14,044 bases of DNA from Azolla caroliniana (taxonomy: Eukaryota; Plantae; Polypodiophyta). The notes beneath the pieces are model-generated. The model saw only the letters and a list, made by a program, of their open reading frames with translations. It did no database searches and was not told where the DNA came from. Position numbers and translations under genes: made by a program. The first letter of the stretch is position 1. Each line of letters begins with the position of its first letter. Below are positions 1 through 9,564 of this stretch, piece by piece. The DNA is taken from contig JBHGNT010000905.1 of assembly GCA_043228905.1 (NCBI GenBank), forward strand, positions 1 through 14,044, given 5' to 3'.

Positions 1-290
1 CTTCACCACCGAAGATGAGATCCGGGGATAATGAAGGGAAGCTCACCTGTTGTCCAGAGTGTACGAGAAAGTATGAGAAAGAGGCTCTCTTACTTCAAGA
101 ACAAGAGGGGAACATCCAGTCTGAATCTCCACAATCTTGTAACTCGTCTGTTGAAGTGTGTAACAAGGTGGGGTCAATTGATGAACCACAACGAGCAGAC
201 ACTAGTTCTACTACAATTGGTGGGAACCTTCCCTTGTGGCTTCAAAAGGCACTTCCCAATGTTCACTCAAATGGTGTTCCACCTGTTGAG
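1..290 (+). CDS. SMXL: SMAX1-like/SMXL protein, internal exon (5' end outside window)
   Basis: Frame open from base 3 (SPPKMRSG...). Encodes CCPECTRKYEKEA and LPLWLQKA, matching the SMXL middle-domain motifs CCxxCxxxYExE and LPxWLQ. Ends GAG|GTTAGG (phase-0 donor at 291). The ATG at 15 is probably internal. Confidence 0.88.
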
Positions 291-550
291 GTTAGGAAAC
301 TGAACTGTGTATGCATGTGAATGGATACACACATCCTGTGTATCTGAATTGTACATTAACTCCACTCATATGTGTGTCTGAAGATATGCTTGTATTTACA
401 TGCATGAGTGCGTGTGCATTTGTCTCAATACGGACATGTATATGCATGCACATATACATGGTACACGCACATATGCATACCCATGCATACACACATATGG
501 ATCTATTTATCTGTCATATCAAACAATTCAATCCTGGATCTCTACTGCAG
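291..550 (+). other. Intron (GT..AG, 260 nt, phase 0)
   Basis: GTTAGG at 291 and TACTGCAG ending at 550; interior is low-complexity TA/CA/TG-rich. Splicing joins VPPVE to VKGKLL in frame. Confidence 0.85.
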
Positions 551-733
551 GTGAAAGGAAAGCTCTTGTCAATCCCCCAGAGATTGCAGGAATTGCAAAA
601 GAAATGGAGCCAAACTTGTAGAACCCTTCACCCTGACCGCAGCAGCGGTGGCAGTGGCCCTCAGATGAATATATCGCAGCTTCCTTCCCCTTCATCTAGT
701 CAAGTCTCGGGAGGCAATTCCAGTAGATGCCAG
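551..733 (+). CDS. SMXL: SMAX1-like/SMXL protein, internal exon
   Basis: Encodes VKGKLLSIPQRLQELQKKWSQTCRTLHP..., matching the SMXL ELQKKWxxxCxxLH motif. Flanked by CAG| at 550 and CAG|GTATGT at 733/734. Confidence 0.88.
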
Positions 734-871
734 GTATGTGATTTCTTTTATCTTCTGATTCTCAGTGTGATGTCAAGATTTAGGGTTTATGTTTGTTTTT
801 AGAACTTACAGTGTAGGTGTAAGATCGAGAGTTCGGTTTTTAACATCAAAGGATTGTGAATCTTTTCCCAG
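734..871 (+). other. Intron (GT..AG, 138 nt, phase 0)
   Basis: GTATGT donor at 734 and TCTTTTCCCAG acceptor ending at 871; T-rich, with in-frame TAG at 800-802. Splicing gives an open frame EHQTFGFLKD... that runs into the 959-2158 ORF. Confidence 0.8.
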
Positions 872-2158
872 GAACATCAAACATTTGGCTTCCTGAAAGA
901 TCATTCAGCAACTTCTTCAGTTGAGCATGTTCGACCGATAAGTCTTCGTTACCCTGGTATGAATGGTCGAACCATGAGCTTGAGCCTGCCAATCCCCATC
1001 GCGACTGTGGAAGCCAATGAATCTCGTGTAATACAAGCAAACACACATCGAGAGCGTATACGGGAAGATTCAACTGCCTGTAGCCCAGCCAAATCCCGTC
1101 TTCCATGGCTGCCCGTCCCAGCCGTTTCGCCACCCAAGCCGCCCATTACGGAAGCAGCATCACCGAATATTCCTGTGCATACTCAATCACGAGGGTATCC
1201 ACCAATCGATCCAGACATTCTGGTCCGCATCTGCAAAGGACTCGCCAAAAGGATCAGTTGGCAACCAGGAGTCATTTCTACAATTGCAAGTACCGTCGTC
1301 AAGTGCCGAGCAGGGCTTGGTAAAAGGCGAGGGTTGAGTTTCAGAAGTGACGCATGGTTGCTTCTCTTGGGCTATGATAGGTTGGGAAAGAGACAAATGG
1401 CGGAAGCTTTGTCGGAGCTTTTATTTGGGGAAGGGAAAAAACCTATTTGCCTGTCGTTTGGCAGCAATGTCGAGTCTCCCTTGAAGTGGAGCATAGGTGG
1501 TACGAGAGGCAAAATGCCGTTAGATCAACTGGTGGATGCAGTAAGGCAAAATCCATCATCAGTGGTATTGCTTGAAGATTTTGAGCAATCTGATTCGATG
1601 TTCCGATCGAGGTTACTACACGCGATGGAGAGAAACCGGCTTGCTGATTCATGTGGGCGAGATGTTAACTTCAGTAATGTCATCGTCTTGATGACTAGTA
1701 GTGTGGGGACAAGTTGGGAGGATTTTAAAGAGAACCATTGCCGTGACATGAAGACGAGAGACGGTTCAGGTTCAGGTGCTCCTGATGCCGTTGGTCAACC
1801 GGAAAGTATTGAGAAGCCAACAACCCCATACAAAAGAAAGCGTGACGGAAATGAACCCGATCACGATGCATATGACGGCCACAATAAGAGGCCCAATATT
1901 GGCTTGGCATTGGGTCTCGACCTAAACATGTCTGCCGAGGAGAATGATACTACTACTAATAATAACAATAGCAACAACAGTAATAATAAATATAATAACA
2001 AAGCAGATCGGTGTGCCGCTGCCCTGAAGCCTGGTGAGGCGGACATGTCTATAAAGCCGGAAGTAAATGAGGATGAGATACTCTTGGCAGCCCGGCAATA
2101 TCTAAGAGAGTTTTGTGATCTTGCAGATGCTGTGGTGGTGTTTTCTTGTCCATTGTAA
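872..2158 (+). CDS. SMXL: SMAX1-like/SMXL protein, last coding exon (D2 Clp-like ATPase domain, EAR motif)
   Basis: LAKRISWQ..IASTVVKCRAGLGKRRG..DAWLLLLGYDRLGKRQMAEALSELLFG (Walker-A-like GYDRLGK at 1370-1390); RGKM at 1505-1516; VVLLEDFEQSD (Walker B); AMERNRLADSCGRDVNFSNVIVLMTS; KRKR NLS-like at 1832-1843; LALGLDLN EAR at 1904-1927; stop TAA at 2156-2158. The motif order is collinear with SMAX1/D53 as I recall them. Confidence 0.93.
   Translation, partial: EHQTFGFLKDHSATSSVEHVRPISLRYPGMNGRTMSLSLPIPIATVEANESRVIQANTHRERIREDSTACSPAKSRLPWLPVPAVSPPKPPITEAASPNIPVHTQSRGYPPIDPDILVRICKGLAKRISWQPGVISTIASTVVKCRAGLGKRRGLSFRSDAWLLLLGYDRLGKRQMAEALSELLFGEGKKPICLSFGSNVESPLKWSIGGTRGKMPLDQLVDAVRQNPSSVVLLEDFEQSDSMFRSRLLHAMERNRLADSCGRDVNFSNVIVLMTSSVGTSWEDFKENHCRDMKTRDGSGSGAPDAVGQPESIEKPTTPYKRKRDGNEPDHDAYDGHNKRPNIGLALGLDLNMSAEENDTTTNNNNSNNSNNKYNNKADRCAAALKPGEADMSIKPEVNEDEILLAARQYLREFCDLADAVVVFSCPL
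1949..2002 (+). repeat. Coding (ACT)/(AAT/AAC) microsatellite giving a Thr/Asn-rich tract
   Basis: ACTACTACTAATAATAACAATAGCAACAACAGTAATAATAAATATAATAACAAA = TTTNNNNSNNSNNKYNNK. Confidence 0.85.
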
Positions 2159-2170
2159 TTCTAGAGGCAA

Positions 2171-2187
2171 ATATATATATATATATA
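2171..2187. repeat. (AT)n microsatellite in probable 3' UTR
   Basis: ATATATAT... run starting 13 nt after the stop codon. Confidence 0.75.
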
Positions 2188-3785
2188 ATATACACATATA
2201 CATAATATTATAATGCGTGTATTCTTTGTTATTTTGTAAAACATTATAGAGGTGGGTTTGTTAATAATATTCAAGAGTTCGGATCTTCAATCAAATTAAG
2301 AGTGAAATTGCAATATGCTATACAAAATTATCATTTGAGCACAAGGTGCTGGTTTATCAAGCATATAGAACAAATATAATATCCATCTCTCACTACGTTT
2401 GAGCTCATTAGCACAAGCTGCAAACTTCCATCAATCTTCCATTTCTGTTTGGAGATGCAAATCTAGCATGATTGCAACCTATCAAAAAACACAAATGGAG
2501 TATATTGGTTTGCTCTAAATGTAGTGTGATGGAAAAATGTTCTTTAAGACATAATGAGGATGTATAGAACAAAAGTGCCTCATTCACTTGATTTCAAGGA
2601 ACTAACTTAGAATGGCCATGGTCATATAAAATTGATATTGAGAGCAATGCCAATGAGTATGTCATGATTGGCAATGACTCGTGTGAAATTCAGCTCCCTT
2701 TAAGGAATCTTTCATTGTATATAAATATGGTTAGATTAGCGATCCTTTAAAGTGCTTTAAGGTGGATGAGGTGATCGTGAAGAGGGATAGGCATACCATC
2801 TTACCTACAACATCCATGGTATTTGTGTTTTGCTTTGGTTGCACCAATAATTGCTTGGTTCATCAAATGATGATGTGGCTAGTTGAGGGTGAAGCTAAAG
2901 ACAAGAGCCAATGATCTGGACATCAAATGGAGTCCATATTACATGAGTCGGAAGTTATTTTGGCAAGCTATGTCAAGTGAGGTTTTCTTTTCAAAACAAG
3001 AAGATGGAGTTTTAAAGAACAAAATGAAGGTAACTTTCTTTTAGGGTTGCATTCTAATTTATCTTTTGTTGCATTTACACATAGTGATATGCTAGAGAGT
3101 ATAGATGCAAAGCCATTGGACTACCCATTGAGACGGTTGATCAAGCATGGTGAGAATGCAAAGGTAAGGAAGATAGACAAGGTGAAAATATTGACATGTT
3201 GGATTAGCCCTTAGCACAAATAACATTCCAAAGAAGGTGAAATGTAGGCAAAAAGGGCTTCTTCTTTTCTCTTTCAAAAAAGGCCATATTTTTGTCCCCC
3301 AAAAAATTATCACTATTTTTTTTGAAGTTACAAACAACTCAATCTCAATCGATCAAGCTCACAAAATTAATTGCCATGTAGCCTAGTCATTGGGACTATT
3401 GATTTTCTACTCGTGAACAACTATAGCTACATTCATTTGATTATAGTACTTGGTTCTTAATTGAAGATCATATGTGGTGTGTCTCTCTAGTCTTTATGGT
3501 TTCTATATACCCCATGTTCCAAAACAATATTGTATTCCAAAAGCCACGATAAAGATACCTTTCTTCTTTAATAACACTCTTCCATTTTCCCATGAAAAAG
3601 ATCGAAACAGGTGTAGAAAGAGGAGCAACAAAAGCCATTTCCCCAAGAAGAAGAAAGAAACAAAGAGATAGGAAGAAGGCATGTAATGGCATGATTGTGA
3701 AGAAGTAGACAAAGATGTGACAAAAAGAAGGCAAGATAAGACCATCTACTTTTGGCACCTTTAAAAGTTGGACAATGATGTATGG

Positions 3786-3816
3786 TTTTTTTTTTTTTTT
3801 TTGGGGGGGGGGGGGG
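3786..3816. repeat. Compound homopolymer T17G14
   Basis: T run at 3786-3802 directly followed by G run at 3803-3816. Confidence 0.9.
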
Positions 3817-4078
3817 TATCACTTTTTGCTATTCCTAATCGCACCACGAATATCGTTGCTCTTAAAGTATAAGAAGCGCCAAGCTTTTTGGCATTGTTAA
3901 TAATAGATCGTAGGTGCCCTTCATTTTTTCCCCAAATTTTTGTCAGGACATTGGGCAAAAAGAGAAAACTTCTCCTTTTTTTGGTTGTTGACAATGTTAG
4001 CTTCTCATAAGAACGCCGAAATATTTGCTCACCATGTTTTTGATGTGTTGAAATGATTCTCATATGTGGTGTTGTATC

Positions 4079-4105
4079 GTTATTGGTTATTGGTTATTGG
4101 TTATT
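4079..4105. repeat. 7-bp tandem repeat (GTTATTG) about 3.8 copies
   Basis: GTTATTGGTTATTGGTTATTGGTTATT. Confidence 0.8.
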
Positions 4106-5627
4106 AATTACATCGTTTTCAAGATTGGTACCGTCATTTACTCCATTAGAAAGTGGGGCTTCCAAAATGATAACTAACTACACTAGGAGGATTGTTTGAA
4201 TGGTTCAAGTTGTACAAATCAATCTATAAATGAACCAAATGAATGGATTACACTGAGAAATCAACTTAAACACAATCGCAATGTATATTAAGATTTAGTA
4301 CGAGTTCGATGACCATTTGGCTACCATGACGTGCTATTATTCCATAGGACACTGATCTAGGTTTACACACGAGTACATCATAAGTTCTTTTCCGAAGAAG
4401 TTAACAATCTCATGAAGTGGTTGGGAATTCTTTTTATCGGGTTGTGAATTATGAAGCCTTTTTGATATATAGGTAAACATGTATGTCAACTATCTACACA
4501 CATTGCCTTCTATTGTTACTCAATCTCGAGTTCCATAAACTGCAACATTTTTTTGGCATAAGAACATGCAAAAACACCAGTATGGTATTTTTATATCTCT
4601 AAATGTTGGAGCTAGAAATTTATTTCTATTGAGAGTTCTCTCAATGCATTTAGGTTGGAGAAATTGTTTGCTCCAAGTCACATGTTCACAAAAAATTGAG
4701 AATTGGATATATTCATAGAAGTATATCCATTAATTGTAGCAGTGATCAAACTTTATGATGACTAGTTTATTATGGATAAATAAATTGTTATCAATGGTTT
4801 GATTGAGTTACTAGTCTAAGGAAGTGCTTCCATTAGCAAAGTAAGAAAGCAACTTCCTAGTAAGAACAAGCTCATCCATAAGAAAGCAAAAATACATTAA
4901 CCAAAGGACATAGTGGAAGCACTAATAACTCTTGGATGCGTGTTTTAAAGAAACCAATGAAAGAAATTGACTAGGCTTGGAAGAAGAACTTGAGCATTAT
5001 GGCCATTCATACAAGCATATAAAGTGACCTCTAATATGACAGGTTTCAGCCAGCCTATAGGTTAGAAGTCGTAGTTGTTACAGGAAACGTAACTCTTTAG
5101 AATCTTTCAAAATCAAGAGCAATATTTTAATGCAACAATCCATTTATGCTCTATGCCTTGTTTGACAACAAAATAAAATATGTGCAATATATCAATGTAA
5201 AAGTTCATATTCGAGTTTTTGAAAGATTTCTAAGAGTATTTCAAAAGTGGGTAAAAGTATATATATAATAATATATATAGATGTATGTATTGAAAGGCGT
5301 ATGTAAAAGTATCCCTCATATAAGGGACTCTATCAACTAGACCCACAATGCGGGAAAAGCCATATGTAAGAAATAAAACTTGCTTCGTCCTTTTCAACTC
5401 AAATGATCTTTTTCAAATTTGAACGAGAACGCTATTTCAATGCTAAACCTCCATGAAATTTTGTCCAACCTGGATGACTATTTCAATAATAATGCCTTTT
5501 TACTAAGGGTAACATAATTTGTTTTTCCCACATGTAGAACAAAACAATGTAGAATTGGTTTGCATGTGTACTTAAAACCTCCCTTTCTCACTCGTGTAAA
5601 TAGTGGCTTCCATTATGAAAGAAAAAA

Positions 5628-5931
5628 ACACCACTATGGCAATGCAAAGTGGATTTATCAGCCACCCCGGTGGTTGTTTCCTCCTAGGGTACCAAACATA
5701 GAGGTAGGTGTTGAATTGTGAAGAGATTGGAGGGTGTCTTTGCTGAATGTGGGTTGTGTGAGGCTCATGTTGAGGGGAGTCTGTCGAGTAATTTTGTGAC
5801 GAGGCTTTCGTTGCTTCATTTATACATGATGTTTTCTTGTAGCCATTGCAAAGTGGCTTGTAACATATGAGTTGTATATTATCCTATGTGCTTTTTCTTA
5901 ACTAATGGAAGTAGAATGTTTTTGGAAAAAA
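5628..5931 (+). mobile_element. Probable 5'-truncated LINE 3' end
   Basis: Short frame GNAKWIYQPPRWLFPPRVPNIEVGVEL*, then a GT-rich UTR ending AACTAATGGAAG..TTTTTGG plus an A tail. Flanked by GAAAGAAAAAA at 5617-5627 and 5932-5942 (possible TSD, but low complexity). Confidence 0.45.
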
Positions 5932-6014
5932 GAAAGAAAAAAGAAAGAAAGAAAGTATAGAACCCTTCTAGGGATCTAAATACTACAATGATACTCAATC
6001 CCACCCCACACCAA

Positions 6015-6556
6015 TTCAAATGTCGAATATGAGGATATGTGACCTTGTAGAGTTCTCTCTCTTCATTGTTGAGATTTCATGACTTCTCTAGCACTGTCAT
6101 TTGCCATAAAAGAAGTCCTTTTAAAGTTACAATATATTTTCTCAACCCATCTTTTGAATCAAGAGTGAAGCTATTCCACATATTCCAATTGAATCATAGC
6201 CCCCAATGCTTCAAGAACTCAAAAATAATTTGGAAATGAGGCATCCGTTCATTGTTTACCACATGTGTAAAACCCAAATTGAATGAAGATAGTCTTACTC
6301 AAGTTAAAGACATCTACACAAAATTGATACAACTCCAAACTATTCTAGCCATAGGGCATGAAAGAAATCAAGGGTTTAGGGTTTTCCAATTCCACCAAAC
6401 AAAAGAAACACATGCCTCTAGCAATGTTTCTATTGTGCAATGGATCCATCAATGGTAAAGCTCCAACCATTACTCTCGAAATGAATACCTTAGCTTATTG
6501 CATCAATTGACAACATCACCCTACCTTGATCAGATGAAGCCACCATGTAATGCTCC
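6015..6556 (-). mobile_element. Decayed L1-type LINE ORF2 C-terminus (zf-RVT CCHC region)
   Basis: Manual minus-strand translation: TWWLHLIKVG*CCQLMQ*AKVFISRVMVGALPLMDPLHNRNIARGMCFFCLVELENPK[frameshift]*FLSCPMARIVWSCI...HWGL*FNWNMWNSF. This fits the plant L1 pattern KxFxWR..ALP..L..R..CxxC-x8-H-x4-C..A..VW...WxIWxxRN, with several stops and one frameshift. Confidence 0.78.
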
Positions 6557-6628
6557 TCTGGGCAACCTTACCAACTGAGCTACATCCATCTGGGCAATTT
6601 TAAGGCAACCGTTTAGATTCGAGCCCGG

Positions 6629-6684
<56 letters not shown>
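6629..6684. repeat. Compound microsatellite (CT)6(CA)22
   Basis: CT run at 6629-6640, CA run at 6641-6684. Confidence 0.95.
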
Positions 6685-6686
<2 letters not shown>

Positions 6687-8823
6687 ATCTCTTTAAGCTC
6701 TCTTCAAGACCTCTCTCGACAAATCTCTACTAAAATGGTTGATCTCATTATCCAAATTGAAATACATGCCTAATTCCAAAGGATCGAGGAGCACATGAGA
6801 GTTGCATCATGATTTGTGCATTTAAGTCGAGGCAAGGGAAAATTATGAGTGGATCAATTAATTGAAGAGTTTAGTCCTATGACCATTTTTAACTATTATT
6901 TAAATTGGTTTAAAATCAAACGACTCATGATTGATCGCTCCTTAATAGAAAACAACATTTTAAAGTTTAATTCTTATATAGTTGTATAATAGGATATGCT
7001 TTGTGTTTATAAGTGCACTCAATCACGCTTTTTTGTTTCGAGAAAACCCTTTTTTAACTACCTTTTCATCGTGGAATCAATGCCTAATTTTTGTCCGAAA
7101 TTTGTATGTCTTAATACTCACTTTCGTGAACCCTACATCTAATAATAATTAAAACTATTACTCCTTTCACAAAAAAGTAAGAGTGAAACTTTCACCATAA
7201 GTCCTTAAACATAATATTTTAACTGCTCCCCTTATATTTTTAATCGATTGAACTACTTTCATATTAGAAAAATTCGTTAATATAATAAAGCATTAGTGAA
7301 ACACCCCACGGATTTGTGAATGCTAGATCAACCACCATACATGAGGTGAACGCTCAAGCATAATAGTCTACTCTGAGCACAATTAAGATTGGTTAGGCTC
7401 TCGATGAATAGTTCACTAGGAGCATGATCAATACATAGTTACAAGCGTATTCAATCATATGTATAACTAGATTCAGCAAGTAAAGTATTAGCAATAAAAA
7501 AATCAATATCAATATTTTAGCTCTTATGTTTCTATTGAGGTACATAGTGTGGGGTAGAGTTCAAATTACCCTTTATATGAGGATTTTTCTTATAGCATAG
7601 TATTTCAATGAACCCATATTTTGATTTCTTAAACTAGATAACAGGTTTGTGTTATGATGGTCTCTGGAAGAAAACATGAGTGTTCCACATTTGAAGTGTG
7701 CATTGATACACTAGAATACCATGAAGAAATATTATTACTACAAATCAACTCAATTTACCATTAATAACATCATCTTATTATCGTAATGGCACATGGATAA
7801 TAAAAAAATCAAAACAAAATATCCTTCCATTAGTTGTATAAAAAGGGTAATAATAGCTGCAACATACAAAGTGTTTTTTCCCCAAGTCCGTATTGTGTAA
7901 GACAATGGCACATGGATATTGTTGACCAAACCATAAAAATATGCATTCATATTTATCATTGTGTATATGGAACACATCCGTAGGAAAATCCTCATTGTTA
8001 CATGGATTTGTTGGTAAGGCAACATACCCAAATCATCACTAAGTTGTTTTTTATCTTAGATATTCATATTTACACTTAGGCTCCTTCGTTTTCCATCAAA
8101 AGAGTTAAGAATTTCCATTCAAAATGTCTCCAACTCGAACTTGTTGCACACAAGTAGATTGTTAGAGAACTAAGCTCTCTCATAACATACTTGGATTTCT
8201 AATCATCATGGAGTTGTGTAACTGAAAGACTCAATGAAGAATTATCAACATCATGTTATTTAAGAAATGATATTTACAAGTTATTGTGAGATTAGATGTC
8301 CCGCACATTCAAATGAATTACAATCCCACACCTCTCTCATCATGCAATGTGTAAAAATCGTGGGATTACGTCTGTGAATCAAAGAAATGTTTGTCTATAT
8401 TGCAGAAACCATAATGCTCACAAAGAGCCAAGCGTTGCAAATATTATGATTCGTACATGGTAAACAAAACGTGATGTTTATTGTATGTAAAAAGAGACAT
8501 ACACATATTGATTTTGAGATCAAGTTACTAAAACTTTTTTCGTAAAAGTTGGCTTGGTACAAAATCGATTCATTTTCTACAAGCGAGTTTTGAAAACGGT
8601 GGCAATGCCTCATAAATATTTTAACTTTCAAATCATCATATATCATAGCTCTCAATTAACAAGCTTTTCTCCAAAAGATTTTTGTATTAGAGTATAAATG
8701 CAATGTTATTTATTAAGTGTGAGATAACCAAAAATTGCAATTTCATTTAGTGCATTTGCATTGAATTGTCGGTCTCCTTTGATACAATAAATATTGGCAA
8801 CCAAACATGAATTGACCATGAGT

Positions 8824-8894
8824 AAAACATGCAAAGATGTTTATAACTAATGGAAGGAGTTTCTTTTTTTGGAAAAAAAAACATGCAAGGATGT
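8824..8894 (+). mobile_element. Very short retroposed insert (37 nt) with 17-bp target-site duplication
   Basis: AAAACATGCAAAGATGT (8824-8840) / TTATAACTAATGGAAGGAGTTTCTTTTTTTGGAAAAA / AAAACATGCAAGGATGT (8878-8894). One mismatch between the repeats; the insert ends in an A run. Confidence 0.7.
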
Positions 8895-9342
8895 GACTAA
8901 AAATCTAAGAGCATTGTTCCATGTCTGAACTTGACACAAAAGTTCCACTAAGGATTTTATACGTGAATTGCTGATTAGCCAATTTAGACATGGGGGGAAA
9001 CTAAATATCAACCTAGATATTCTCTTTCATATGTTATTTACAGTTATGGCAACTCAATATGTAGTAAAGGAGGTGAGAGTGGGAATGCAACCAAGGTGTT
9101 TGTTAAAGAAACCATCATTGAAAAAGTGCATCATAGATCATTGATGACTTTTTCTTGCATCAAAGATTAACATGGCTTCACCATCTACCAAAGTTCTCGA
9201 ATGCGTGAAATATGTAAGAAGGGGAGTGTTCGGTTGTAGATAAAACCATGAAACAACTTTGTGGCACCTTGAAGTTGGAGCCTACTAAATAGCTTGTGCG
9301 CTAAAAATAGGAATGTTATATTGGGATACCTTTAGGATGTTA

Positions 9343-9564
9343 ATCGGATCACAAAGTGATCAATATTAATAGTGGGGCTAAAGACATCATGACACAAACA
9401 ATGCCCATTACATTGATGTCACTAAGAGCCATCTAAAATAATACTTCAAGCGTGCATCGGATCACAAAGTGATCACTATTAATAGTGGGGCTAAAGACAA
9501 CATGACACAAACAATGCCCATTACATTGATGTCACTAAGAGCCACCTAAAATAATACTTCAAGC
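9343..9564. repeat. 113-bp tandem duplication (2 copies)
   Basis: Copies start ATCGGATCACAAAGTGATC at 9343 and 9456; I count 3 substitutions over 109 aligned bases. Confidence 0.95.

Noticed and set aside
15-802. ORFs 15-320 and 311-802 as standalone genes
   Set aside because: They are SMXL exons read into introns; the HMH/CMC-rich peptide comes from an intronic RY low-complexity tract.
1861-2046. Minus-strand poly-Leu 'signal/TM' ORF
   Set aside because: Antisense reading of the Asn-coding microsatellite.
3092-4063. Cluster of short hydrophobic or Lys-rich ORFs
   Set aside because: Low-complexity AT-rich DNA and homopolymer runs; no recognisable motifs.
6371-6384. Two telomere-like AAACCCT units (telo-box)
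   Set aside because: Only two units, inside the LINE coding remnant; cannot be distinguished from chance.
6566-6628. Intact tRNA gene
   Set aside because: Only the A-box/5' end is present; no cloverleaf and the B-box-like motif is on the wrong side.
6880-8700. Possible MITE/DNA-transposon debris and short ORFs (7750-8031, 8395-8655)
   Set aside because: I could not find TIRs, TSDs or protein motifs by eye.
9216-9230. PPT-like AAGAAGGGGAG followed by TGTT on +
   Set aside because: No upstream RNase H and no matching LTR end.
9343-9564. CRISPR-like array
   Set aside because: Two abutting 113-bp copies without spacers, in plant DNA.
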